Shown here: positions 1 to 9,062 of the stretch, one piece after another
Layout: the number at the start of each line of letters is the position of its first letter
Position numbering within the stretch: position 1 is the stretch's first letter
Assembly: GCA_965219085.1 (NCBI GenBank)
Contig: OZ244720.1
Coordinates: 1 to 64,000 of the forward strand
Source: Dehalococcoidia bacterium
Lineage (GTDB): Bacteria > Chloroflexota > Dehalococcoidia > UBA2979
Reading direction: 5' to 3'
Length of the DNA stretch: 64,000 nucleotides
The notes under the pieces: model-generated
The model's database searches: none
What the model saw: the letters and a program-made list of their open reading frames with translations, nothing else
Told to the model about the DNA's origin: nothing
Made by a program: the position numbers and the translations under genes

Positions 1-555
1 GCGCAGCGGCTCGACGATCTCGCCGCGCCCGCGGCAGCGAGCCGAGCCGCCGTGGATGAAGAACGGCACGTCCGAGCCGATCTCCGCGGCCACCGCCGAC
101 AGCCGCTCAGCGGGCCAATCGAGGCCCCACAGCCGGTCCAGCCCGCGCAGCACGGCGGCCGCGTCGGTCGAGCCGCCGCCGAGGCCAGCCGCCACGGGAA
201 TCGCCTTCTCGACCTCGATCGCGACGGCGGGCTCGTGGCCGGCGGCGGCGGCCAGCGCCTTGGCGGCCTCGGCTGCCAGCTCGCGCTCGCCCTCGACGGC
301 CGGGGCGTAGCGGCCCGTGAGCCGCACATCGAGGGCGTCGGCGGGGCGCAGCCGCACGGTGTCGGCGAGGTCGATCGTGGTCATCACGGTGTCGACGTCG
401 TGGTAACCGTCGTCGCGGCGGCCGAGGATCTCGAGCGTGAGGTTGATCTTCGCCGGGGCGAGCACGCGCAGCCCGGCGGGGTATCCCCGCGTACCGGAAG
501 ATGCGGGGTATCCCCGCGTACCGGGAGAACGGCGCGGCGAAGTGCGGTCAGCCAA
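1..555 (-). CDS. ispE: 4-diphosphocytidyl-2-C-methyl-D-erythritol kinase (5' part, runs off window start)
   Basis: Manual minus-strand translation gives LRVLAPAKINLTLEILGRRDDGYHDVDTVMTTIDLAD, the IspE N-terminal signature. Probable TTG start at 555 overlapping the rsmA stop; start uncertain. Confidence 0.9.
   Translation of the reverse strand, partial: MADRTSPRRSPGTRGYPASSGTRGYPAGLRVLAPAKINLTLEILGRRDDGYHDVDTVMTTIDLADTVRLRPADALDVRLTGRYAPAVEGERELAAEAAKALAAAAGHEPAVAIEVEKAIPVAAGLGGGSTDAAAVLRGLDRLWGLDWPAERLSAVAAEIGSDVPFFIHGGSARCRGRGEIVEPLR
476..524. repeat. Two tandem 27-bp-period copies of a palindromic unit GCGGGG-TAT-CCCCGC-GTACCGG
   Basis: gcggggtatccccgcgtaccgg at 476-497 and 503-524. Confidence 0.85.
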
Positions 556-1441
556 GGTCGAGCGCCTCCGGATGGGTCGCCTCGACGTGCGCGTAGAGCC
601 GCTGCCAGTCGTCGAGGTCGAGGTGCTGCGCGCGCCGCGCCGGGTCGATGCCCGCGGCGTCGAGGACCGCGTGCGTCTGCTCGCGGGTGAGGCCGAGCGC
701 GGAGCGCAGGCCGTTGTGGAGCTGCTTGCGCGGCTCGGCGAAGCCCGCGCGCACGAGCAGGAAGAAGCGCGCGATCTGCTCCGGCGGCAGGCTCACCGCC
801 GGCGCGGGACGCCGGTCGATGCGCACGACCGCCGACTGCACGTCGGGCTCCGGCCAGAAGGCCGTCGAGGGCACGTCGAACAGCAACTCGGGCACGCCGT
901 AGGCGCCGATGGAGAGCGAGAGCACGGACTCCCTGCCCGCCCCGCCGACCATGCGTCGCGCGACCTCGCGCTGCACCATCACCACGAGCCGCCGCGGCGC
1001 GGGGTCGGATTCGAGGAAGCGCCGGATCACCGGCTGCGTGATGTAGTACGGCAGGTTGCCGGTCATCACGTACGGCGGCTCCGCGTTGCACTCCTCCAGC
1101 AACTCGGCTGCGGACACGTCGAGCACGTCGGCGGCGACGATGCAGGCCCCGCTCCCCGCGAGTTGCAGGCGCGCGATCGCCGCCAGCTCCTCGTCGATCT
1201 CGACGCCGACGACGCTGCTGGTGCGCTCGGCGAGCTCGCGCGTGAGCCCGCCGGGCCCCACGCCGACCTCGATCACGGTCTCGCCGGGCGTGAGCTCGCA
1301 GGCGTCGGCGATACGCGCCAGGAGGAGTTCGTCGGTCAGGAAGTGCTGCCCGAGCGCCTTGCGCGGCGAGACGCCGAGGCGGCGCAGGAAGTCGGGCGGG
1401 TCCTCGGGGCGGGCGCGGTGGCGCGAGCGTGCGGGGCTCAC
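548..1441 (-). CDS. rsmA: 16S rRNA adenine dimethyltransferase RsmA/KsgA
   Basis: KALGQHFL, VIEVGVGPGGLT, GNLPYYIT, MVQREVA motifs. Confidence 0.96.
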   Translation of the reverse strand: MSPARSRHRARPEDPPDFLRRLGVSPRKALGQHFLTDELLLARIADACELTPGETVIEVGVGPGGLTRELAERTSSVVGVEIDEELAAIARLQLAGSGACIVAADVLDVSAAELLEECNAEPPYVMTGNLPYYITQPVIRRFLESDPAPRRLVVMVQREVARRMVGGAGRESVLSLSIGAYGVPELLFDVPSTAFWPEPDVQSAVVRIDRRPAPAVSLPPEQIARFFLLVRAGFAEPRKQLHNGLRSALGLTREQTHAVLDAAGIDPARRAQHLDLDDWQRLYAHVEATHPEALDLG

Positions 1442-1511
1442 GGTGCGGCTCCGCCGACAGGCGGCGAGGGCCGTCGCGGTGACACGTCGCGCGTGCGGTG
1501 AGTGTGCATAT

Positions 1512-1776
1512 GGTCGTGCCCCGCCGTCGAGCTGTTCCCCGAGCTTGCGTTCATGAGCCAGCTCAAGCCCGGCGCCCCTGCGGCGCGCGATGTGACCGAC
1601 GTACCGCTGCTGCCTTCCGACCCTGACGGGATTGGCCGGGCATCGCCGCGCAGGACCAGGCTCTCAACGCCGCTTTATGTCGGCAGTCCTCGTGTAACAA
1701 CCCTCGGGCGGGCATTCAGCCCCGCTGAGCGGATTGCGGGATACAGGGCACCGCTAGCTCCCCGCCTAGCACGACC
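1512..1776 (-). ncRNA. ffs: Large (Bacillus-type) signal recognition particle RNA
   Basis: Minus strand starts GGTCGTGCTAGGCGGGGAGCTAGCGGTGCCCTGT (Alu domain), contains TCAGGGTCGGAAGGCAGCAGC (domain IV), and its 5' and 3' ends pair (GGTCGTGC/GCACGACC). Confidence 0.92.
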
Positions 1777-1857
1777 GTCTCCGATCGTAGGGAGCACGCG
1801 CGCTCAGCGTCAAAGCGGCATCGCCCTTCACCGCCCCGCGCATTACGATCGAGGGCA

Positions 1858-4760
1858 ATGCCGCTTACTACTGAGACCGCCTTCAACGTCGACCTCGCCA
1901 CCGCGCTGAGGGGCAAGCACCCGCGATGGCGCGAGGGTAACCGCATCGGCACCGAGCGCACGGACGTCTTCCAGGACCGTCCCGGCCTGCAGCCAGACAT
2001 CGTCATCCGCCACCCCGGGGCGCTCCCGTCATCGTCGAGACCGAGTTCGAGCCTGCACCCACCGTCGAGGCAGACGCCCGCGGCCGCCTCGGGATGGTCA
2101 TGGCGGACACCGGCGACATCGTCGAGCAGGCCATCGCAGTCCGCATCCCCGATAACCTGAAGTCCGTTGATCAGGCAAGGCTCGGGGATCACATCGCGAC
2201 GGCGGAGCTGCGCTATTGCGTGCTCACGCACCGCGAGGCCGAGCCGGACAGCCCGGAGCGCTGGCCCAAGAAGGGGTAGCTCACCGGCGGCATCGACGAA
2301 CTCGCGGGGTTGATCGAGCAGACCGCGCTTTCAGAGCGGCGCATCGCCGAGGCATGCGCATCCTCGAGGAGGGCGTGAGCCAGGCCGCGACCCACCTTCG
2401 AACCGCGATGGAGACCGACCGCCCCGAGGTACTGGCGAAGGTCGCGGAAGAGTTGCACCAGGAGGACGGGGAGCAGACCTCGCGGATGGCGATGGCGATC
2501 GTCGCCAACGCGCTCACGGTCCACACGGCGATCGCAGGCACCTTCGGGATCGCCACCCCTCGATGAGCTGCGAGACTCACGAGGACGGTTGTCCAAGAGC
2601 AGGGTACTGGAGACCTGGCGCCACATTCTCAACGAGATCAACTACTGGCCCATATTCAAGATTGCCTCCGACGTGCTCCTGCCAATCCCGAACGGCACGG
2701 CGCATGCGGTGCTGAATCGCCTGCACGAAGTCGCGGCCGAACTCGATGGCATTGGCGCGACCAGCACGCAGGACCTCGCGGGACAAATGTTCGGGCGGCT
2801 GATCACCGACCGGAAGTTCCTCGCGACGTTCTACACACTGCCGTCGTCAGCGGCCCTGCTCGCCGAACTCGCCGTGTCGAAGCTCGACGTGGACTGGGCC
2901 GACCCAGAGGCCGTGAAGGCGCTGCGCATCGCCGATCTCGCCTGTGGGACAGGTGTGCTGCTCTCGGCCGCGTACCGCGCGGTGGCGTCGCGCCACCGCC
3001 GCACCGGCGGCGATGACGCGGAGTTGCATCGCGAGATGATGGAGCACGCCCTGCTCGGCGCCGACATCATGCCGGCGGCGACACACCTGACCGCCTCGAT
3101 GCTGTCGAGTGCCCACCCGACCGTGACGTTCGGCAACACGCAGATCCACACTATGCCCTACGGCCGGCAGGGCGAGGAGGCGGGAGACGCCATCGCGATC
3201 GGATCGCTCGACCTCATCGAGAGTGATCGCATGCCCGGCCTGTTCAGCACAGGCCCGCAGATTGTGAGCGGCACTGGGGCAGACCAGGAAGCCGAGGGTT
3301 TCAGGGAGCTCGTCCTGCCAATGGCGACCGTCGACCTCGTGATCATGAATCCACCATTCACGCGACCTCTCGGTCACGAGGGTGTGATCGAGGGCGTCCC
3401 GGTATCCTCATTCGCTGGATTCAACACGAGCGCCGATGAGCAGCGTGCCATGTCTACAGTTCTGAGGAGAATCCGCACTGATCTCATCGACCCTGCCGGG
3501 CACGGGTACGCGGGTCTGGCATCTAACTTCATGGACCTCGCACACCAGAAGCTCAAGCCGGGTGGTGTGCTCGCGCTAGTGCTCCCGCTGACCGTTGTCG
3601 CCGGCGAGTCGTGGTCCGCTGCCCGAGATGTGCTCCGGCGCCATTACCGCGACGTGACCGTGATGACCATTGCCGGCGTGGGCCAATCGCAGCGATCGTT
3701 TTCGGCAGACACGGGCATGGGCGAAGCGTTGGTCGTCGGCGTTAGGCGGGAACGACCCGTCGGCGCAGAGGAGGACGAAGTCCTCTATGTCAACTTCCGA
3801 TCCCGCCCTAGAACCAGCGTAGAGGCTACCGGGATCGCACACACGCTGAACGAGATTCCGGAGCCTCGGAGCGGGTTGATCTTTGTCGGTGACAGAGAGG
3901 CCGGGTGCTTCATCCGGTCCACACTCCGTAGCGGCGGCTGTGCATCGCTCAGGGAGCCGTCGATCGCGGACTCAATGCTCTCTCTAGAACAAGGCTCGGT
4001 GCGCCTGCCACGCACTAACGATCACCACCGAATCCCGATCACGACCATTGGTGAGATCGGGACGAGGGGATTCCATGACATGCAGATTACTGGGAAGGCG
4101 AACGGGCCTTTCGACGTGATCGTGCGACGAGATGCACCGACCTACCCGATGCTGTGGGGGCACGATGCCGAACGGGAACGACGGCTCGTGGTGGCGCCAG
4201 ACAGCGAGGGACGAGTGCGCCAGGGCCGACAGGACCGCGCTCTCGATGTGTGGGCCACTGCGAGCCGGTTGCACTTCAACCGCGACTTCCAGCTCAACTC
4301 GCAGAGTCTCGCCGCGTGTCTCACTCAGGAGCAGTCAATCGGGGGGAGGGCGTGGCCTAACTTCACGATCGAGGGCGACTCCCGACGTGAGGAAACGCTG
4401 GCCCTCTGGTCGAACACCACGCTTGGCCTGATCAGCTTCTGGTGGGTGGCCAGCCGACAACAGCAGGGCCGCGCGATCCTGACTATCTCGGGCATCCCGT
4501 CGCTCCCGGTTCTCGATGTGCGTGAGCTCGATGCGCGGCAACTCGGGATCGCGAAGCAGATCTTCGAGAACTTCCGAGACTGGACGTTCAGGCCCGCCAA
4601 CGAGGCGTACCGTGACGACACGCGGAAGGCCCTCGACCGCGCGGTGCTGTGCGAACTCCTCGGCCTGCCCGAGTCGATCCTCGAACCGCTCGACGTGCTT
4701 CGGCTGCAATGGTGCTCGGAGCCCACCGTGCACGGCGGCAAGTCCACGCGCCCGACGTAA
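1858..4760 (+). pseudogene. Type IIG/Eco57I-like restriction-modification fusion with disrupted N-terminus
   Basis: One continuous ~965-codon reading is restored by correcting frameshifts near 2020, 2350 and 2557 and a TAG at 2277-2279. PDIVI...VETEF PD-(D/E)xK-like motif near the start. Confidence 0.75.
2589..4760 (+). CDS. N6-adenine DNA methyltransferase (intact C-terminal part of the RM gene)
   Basis: IADLACGTGVLL (SAM-binding motif I) and DLVIMNPPF (motif IV). Confidence 0.8.
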   Translation: MSKSRVLETWRHILNEINYWPIFKIASDVLLPIPNGTAHAVLNRLHEVAAELDGIGATSTQDLAGQMFGRLITDRKFLATFYTLPSSAALLAELAVSKLDVDWADPEAVKALRIADLACGTGVLLSAAYRAVASRHRRTGGDDAELHREMMEHALLGADIMPAATHLTASMLSSAHPTVTFGNTQIHTMPYGRQGEEAGDAIAIGSLDLIESDRMPGLFSTGPQIVSGTGADQEAEGFRELVLPMATVDLVIMNPPFTRPLGHEGVIEGVPVSSFAGFNTSADEQRAMSTVLRRIRTDLIDPAGHGYAGLASNFMDLAHQKLKPGGVLALVLPLTVVAGESWSAARDVLRRHYRDVTVMTIAGVGQSQRSFSADTGMGEALVVGVRRERPVGAEEDEVLYVNFRSRPRTSVEATGIAHTLNEIPEPRSGLIFVGDREAGCFIRSTLRSGGCASLREPSIADSMLSLEQGSVRLPRTNDHHRIPITTIGEIGTRGFHDMQITGKANGPFDVIVRRDAPTYPMLWGHDAERERRLVVAPDSEGRVRQGRQDRALDVWATASRLHFNRDFQLNSQSLAACLTQEQSIGGRAWPNFTIEGDSRREETLALWSNTTLGLISFWWVASRQQQGRAILTISGIPSLPVLDVRELDARQLGIAKQIFENFRDWTFRPANEAYRDDTRKALDRAVLCELLGLPESILEPLDVLRLQWCSEPTVHGGKSTRPT

Positions 4761-4762
4761 CT

Positions 4763-4811
4763 CAACGCGCCGCCCTGCTACCATGTCCGAGCTAAGGATC
4801 CGCCCGTGCGC
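4763..4811 (+). repeat. Diverged duplicate of the promoter/RBS/start of the gene at 5636
   Basis: caacgcgccgccctgctaccat..tccga..aagga.ccgcccgtgcgc matches 5593-5641. Confidence 0.9.
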
Positions 4812-4844
4812 GCAACGCCGCCGGGGCGCTGTCGAGGCCCGCGG

Positions 4845-5273
4845 TCATGCCGGAGCGCCAGCTTCCTCGCGGAACGGGTTGAGTACGGGGACACCCGTCG
4901 GCTCGAAGTGCCTCGTGTTGCGGGTGACGACGGTGAGGCCGTGTTCCAGCGCGGTCGCCGCAATCAGCAAATCCACGCTGTCGTGCCCGATGTCCCCGGA
5001 GAGCTGTGCCCACCGGCGAGCCGTGGCGATGTCGACCGGGAGCACCCGTTCCCCATACCAGGACATGACCCTGTCCAGCCAGCGAGCGAGCTCCTCGGCG
5101 AACGACGGGTCGCGCGTCCGCTGCCTGCGGATGCCGCGCTCGACTTCGCCGACGGAGACCACGCTCAGGTACAGGTCGGTCGTCCGCTGTGCCTCGAGCC
5201 AGCGCGTGACCCCAGGATTCCGCTCCCGTCTCCGCAGCGCCGACAGGACATCGGTGTCCAGCAGGAACATCAC
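4845..5273 (-). CDS. vapC: PIN-domain toxin, VapC family
   Basis: FLLDTDVLS, SVGEVERG, DLLIAATALEHGLTVVTRNTRHF. Confidence 0.93.
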   Translation of the reverse strand: MMFLLDTDVLSALRRRERNPGVTRWLEAQRTTDLYLSVVSVGEVERGIRRQRTRDPSFAEELARWLDRVMSWYGERVLPVDIATARRWAQLSGDIGHDSVDLLIAATALEHGLTVVTRNTRHFEPTGVPVLNPFREEAGAPA

Positions 5274-5524
5274 AGGTCCGCCTGGCGCTCCGGCAGAGGC
5301 AGGCGCTCGAATTCCTGGTCGTCCTGGGGCATGTCGAGCAGCAGCCGCGCGAGTGTCGGCGCTGTCGCGTCATCCAGGCGGCACAGCCGCTCGTACTCAT
5401 CCTCGGACAGCACGACCACAGCCGGACGTCCGCGACGCGTGACGTGCTGCGGCACGCCCGATAGTGCTGCGTCCACGACGGCGCTGAACCGGTTCTTCGC
5501 GTCTTGCAGTTGCCACTCGGTCAC
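5270..5524 (-). CDS. Phd/YefM-family antitoxin
   Basis: WQLQDAKNRFSAVVDAA...VTRRGRPAVVVLS; overlaps the toxin start. Confidence 0.93.
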   Translation of the reverse strand: MTEWQLQDAKNRFSAVVDAALSGVPQHVTRRGRPAVVVLSEDEYERLCRLDDATAPTLARLLLDMPQDDQEFERLPLPERQADL

Positions 5525-5533
5525 AGTCAGCTC

Positions 5534-5560
5534 CTAGCTAGACAGTCTGGCTAGAGTGTA
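5534..5560 (-). promoter_or_regulatory. TA operator palindrome and -10 box
   Basis: CTAGCTAGAC-A-GTCTGGCTAG inverted repeat at 5534-5554, adjacent to TACACT (minus strand) at 5555-5560. Confidence 0.7.
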
Positions 5561-5635
5561 CCGCTCCGGCGCACACGTTTGCATCGATGCCGCAACGCGC
5601 CGCCCTGCTACCATCCTCCGAGGAAGGAGCCGCCC

Positions 5636-6961
5636 GTGCGCCTGCTCTCCATCGGACGCGCCCTGCCCGACCGGCGGGTCGACAACCACTCGATCTTCAA
5701 CGCGCCCGCCCTCTTCGACTACGACGCCATCGCGATCGACCCGGAGGGCGTCTTCACCGCCATCCGTGAGCTCCTGGACGCCTCCGCCGACCACACCACC
5801 CACGCCGACACGCACGTCGTGAACGGCGGGGCGGGCGGCGGCGCCGCCGCGTCCGAGGTGCTGCGCCGCCGCCACGACGAGGTCGTGCGGGCGCTGGAGC
5901 GCGGCGCGCTCGTGATCGTCTTCGCGCATCCGCAGGCGATGATCACCGGCGTCGCCGGCTTCCCCGGGATCGACCGCTACTTCTTCCTGCCCGCCCCTCC
6001 CGGGCTCGCCTGGGACGCCGAGCTGATCCGCTGGGGCGAGGGCTCCGGCGTCGCCGTCTCCGACCACGCGCACCCCTTCGCTCGCTACGTCGACGCCGTG
6101 CGCGCCGACGTGCTGTACCGCGCGTGGTTCGAGGAGCGCGTGCGCGGCTTCGCCGACGCGGCGCACGTCTTCACGCGCAGCGCCGGCGGTGCGCCGGTGG
6201 GCGTCGAGTTCCGCGTGCTCGGGGGGTCGATCGTGTTCCTCCCCGCGCCGCGCAGCCGTGGCGGTGACGCCGGCCGCGCGCAGGCGACGGCCATCGTCGC
6301 GGCCGTCACGGAGCACCTCGGCCGTTCGCCCGGCGACCGCCCGCTCTGGGCGACTCGCGAGCCCGTGCCCGGCCTCGACGAGCGCGAGGCGGAGGTGGAG
6401 CGCGCCGGCGCGCTGGTCCAGCGCGCCGAGGAGCAGCGCGACGCAGCCGAGGCTGAGGCCGAGCCGCTGCGTCGCGTACGCGACGTGCTGTGGACCGAGG
6501 GCTCGCACGCGCTGCTGCCGGCCGCGCAGCGTTGCCTGGAACTGCTCGGGTTCGCCGTGCGTGAGGTCAACGACCTGCCGATGCTGCAGGCCGACGGCGC
6601 CCGCATCGAGCTTGAGGTCGAGGGCTCCGAGGCGACGGTCGGAATGGCCGCTCACTACCGCCTGCGGGCTCGCCTCGACGCACGCATCGAGAGCGAGGGG
6701 AGCGCGCCGCGCGGGCTGATCGTCGTCAACGGGGAGCGCATGCAGGCGCCCGACCGCCGCGAGGAGCCCCACACGGAGGCGCTGCGCGTCGCCGCCGAGG
6801 CGACCTCGTACGCGCTGCTGCCCGCGCCGGAACTGTTCAGCGCAGCCCGAGCCGCCCTCGCCGGCGCCGACGACGACACGCTCGCGTCGATCCGCGCGCG
6901 CCTCGCGGAGACCAACGGCCTCGTCGACCTGTCGAACCTGCTGGGCGAGGGCGCGTCGTAA
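5636..6961 (+). CDS. Hypothetical protein with central coiled coil
   Basis: Long ORF with host-like codon usage; GTG start after AAGGAG. Confidence 0.75.
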   Translation: MRLLSIGRALPDRRVDNHSIFNAPALFDYDAIAIDPEGVFTAIRELLDASADHTTHADTHVVNGGAGGGAAASEVLRRRHDEVVRALERGALVIVFAHPQAMITGVAGFPGIDRYFFLPAPPGLAWDAELIRWGEGSGVAVSDHAHPFARYVDAVRADVLYRAWFEERVRGFADAAHVFTRSAGGAPVGVEFRVLGGSIVFLPAPRSRGGDAGRAQATAIVAAVTEHLGRSPGDRPLWATREPVPGLDEREAEVERAGALVQRAEEQRDAAEAEAEPLRRVRDVLWTEGSHALLPAAQRCLELLGFAVREVNDLPMLQADGARIELEVEGSEATVGMAAHYRLRARLDARIESEGSAPRGLIVVNGERMQAPDRREEPHTEALRVAAEATSYALLPAPELFSAARAALAGADDDTLASIRARLAETNGLVDLSNLLGEGAS

Positions 6962-6985
6962 GCCGTCGACTCCCGCACTCGTCGA

Positions 6986-7026
6986 GCTACGCGAGCGTGC
7001 GGTGGATCTCCGTCGGCGCGTCGTAG
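6986..7026 (-). repeat. Duplicate of the fabV 3' end (YDAPTEIHRTLA*)
   Basis: 39/41 nt identical to 9062-9102; both differences are synonymous third positions. Confidence 0.92.
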
Positions 7027-7048
7027 CTGCTAAGCGTCTACAGCTTGG

Positions 7049-7813
7049 TTATTCTGGCCCGCTGTTCTCGGAGCGGCGCATCACGGTCGGTTCGACGTAT
7101 GCCGTCCAAACCAGCACTTCATCGATGAGTGCCTCAGTCTCCGTGCTGTCGTCCTCGTGGCCGAGCAAACGCCTGAAGTTAGCTGCAACAAGCAGAATCG
7201 CGCCTACAAGCCACATGAGGTGCTGCATGGCTTCTATGAGAAGGTCTCGTCGCTGGGTCGGACCCGTGGCCGGAGTGACTTCATCTGCATCCAAAGCCTC
7301 GATCGCGAATTCGAGGGCGTAGTCGGAGACGGCGTGACTGGACAGTGTGTTCTGGAGCCTCCTGATCTGCCGCAGGATGTCTTGATGAGCCTGGTCGTCG
7401 TCTAGGTCTTCGGCCATGTCCCCGTGATGCGGTCATGTGCCAGCCCCAAGGCCCCCAGGGACGCGCGCGCGTTCGCGAGTCTTGCGGAAGTCCCGAAAAT
7501 GATTGTGGGCCTCGTCTGGGCGGCCGATGCCCCACGTGACCGCCACGTAGCTCTCAAGAAGGAGCCGACCCAGATAAAGCGATAGCCACGGGTAGCCGGT
7601 AGCGAGAAGTCGGGATGATTGACGACCGGCAGTCAGCGATCGCTCAAGTGTCAGCAACATGAACGTCCAGCCATCGCTGGGCAGCTCGATCCCCCTAGCC
7701 GGCACGATCTCGGCTTCAATGCGATCTAGCAAGGCCTGAAGCAAATCGAAGGCGTAAGGATCGATCTCGCGGAGTCGGAACGCGGCGGCGAGTTCTTCGT
7801 CAGTCCAGTTCAT
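7049..7813 (-). pseudogene. Lower-GC hypothetical gene (possibly DUF5677-like) split by an in-frame TGA
   Basis: ORFs 7433-7813 and 7049-7417 are in the same frame, separated only by TGA at 7433-7435. Confidence 0.6.
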
Positions 7814-7834
7814 GCTCGACTCTCATAACCCTAA

Positions 7835-9010
7835 GGATGGTCTGAACAACTCGCCTGAGCGGGTGAGCAGATGCGATCATGGGGCGACCCGGAGAGGGGC
7901 GCCCCATGCAGCAGCGTTCGTTCGGCAGCGTCGAGTACGAGCACAAGAAGGTCAAGACGAGGCGGCAGGCGTTCCTCGAGCGCATGGACGGGCTCGTCCC
8001 CTGGGCTGAGCTGGAGCAGCGCATCGCGCCCGTCTACCCGAAGCGCGGCCGCGGACGCCGCCCCTACGCGCTGCGCGTGATGCTGCGCATCCACTGCCTG
8101 CAGCTCTGGTTCAACCTCAGCGACCCCGGCATGGAGCAGGAACTCTACGACTCCCGCTCGATGCTCGAGTTCGCCGGTCTCAGCCTCTCCGAGCCGATTC
8201 CCGATGAGACGACGATCCTGCATTTCCGCCACCTGCTGGAGCATCATCAGCTGGGAACGGAGCTGTTCGCGACGATCAACGCGCACCTGGCACGGCAGGG
8301 TCTGCAGGTGCGCGAGGGCACGATCGTGGACTCCACGATCATCAGCGCGCCGTCATCGACGAAGAACCGCGAGCGTGCGCGCGACCCCGAGATGCACCAG
8401 ACCAGAAAGGGCCGGCAGTGGTACTTCGGGATGAAGCTGCACACCGGCACGGATGCGCGGACGGGACTGGTCCACAGCGTGAGCACGACGGCGGCGAACG
8501 TCTCCGACGTGACCGAGGCGCATCGCCTCTTGCACGGCGGTGAGACGGAGGCGTGGGGCGACGCCGGCTACCAGGGAGTGGAGAAGCGCCCGGAGCACGC
8601 GGGGCCGGAGGTGAGCTGGCAGGTGGCGCTGCGCCCGGGTCTCAGGCGGCAGCTGGCGCCGGGGGGCGAGGAGGCGCAGGCGGAGCGGCGCAAGGCCTCG
8701 GTGCGCGCCAAGGCTGAGCATCCGTTTCTCTACGTGAAGCGGCACTTCGGGTACGCGAAGGTGCGCTACCGGGGTCTTGAGAAGAACCGCCAGCGTCTCA
8801 CGCTGCTGCTCGGCTTCACGAACCTGTTGCGAGCCGAGCCTCAACTCGCCTGATCACGGGAGCCGTGCGTCCGGAATCGCTCGTGCGGGCGATCCCGCAG
8901 CGGAATGGGAGCGGGATCGCCCCCTGAACCGCGGCATCGGCCCCCGCAGCGCGGCTCGGCACGCCGATCGGCCCGCACCGCGCCCGATACGCCACCTGTT
9001 CAGACCTTCC
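7835..9010 (+). mobile_element. IS5-family insertion sequence (~1.18 kb)
   Basis: Terminal IRs GGATGGTCTGAACA / TGTTCAGACCTTCC; flanks CTAA and CTAG (YTAR-type target). Confidence 0.92.
7907..8853 (+). CDS. IS5-family DDE transposase
   Basis: IVDSTII, WGDAGYQG, KAEHPF; RDPEMHQTRKGRQWYFGMKLH motif. Confidence 0.95.
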
Positions 9011-9062
9011 CTAGGGCAGCGCACGTCGGTACGGAGGTCGGGACAGGAGGCCTTCACGCCGG

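Noticed and set aside
476-524. CRISPR array (resembles type I-E TCCCCGC...GCGGGG repeats)
   Set aside because: Only two units separated by 5 bp, no spacers, no cas genes
7433-7435. Selenocysteine recoding of the in-frame TGA
   Set aside because: No redox-motif context or evident SECIS hairpin; a nonsense mutation is simpler
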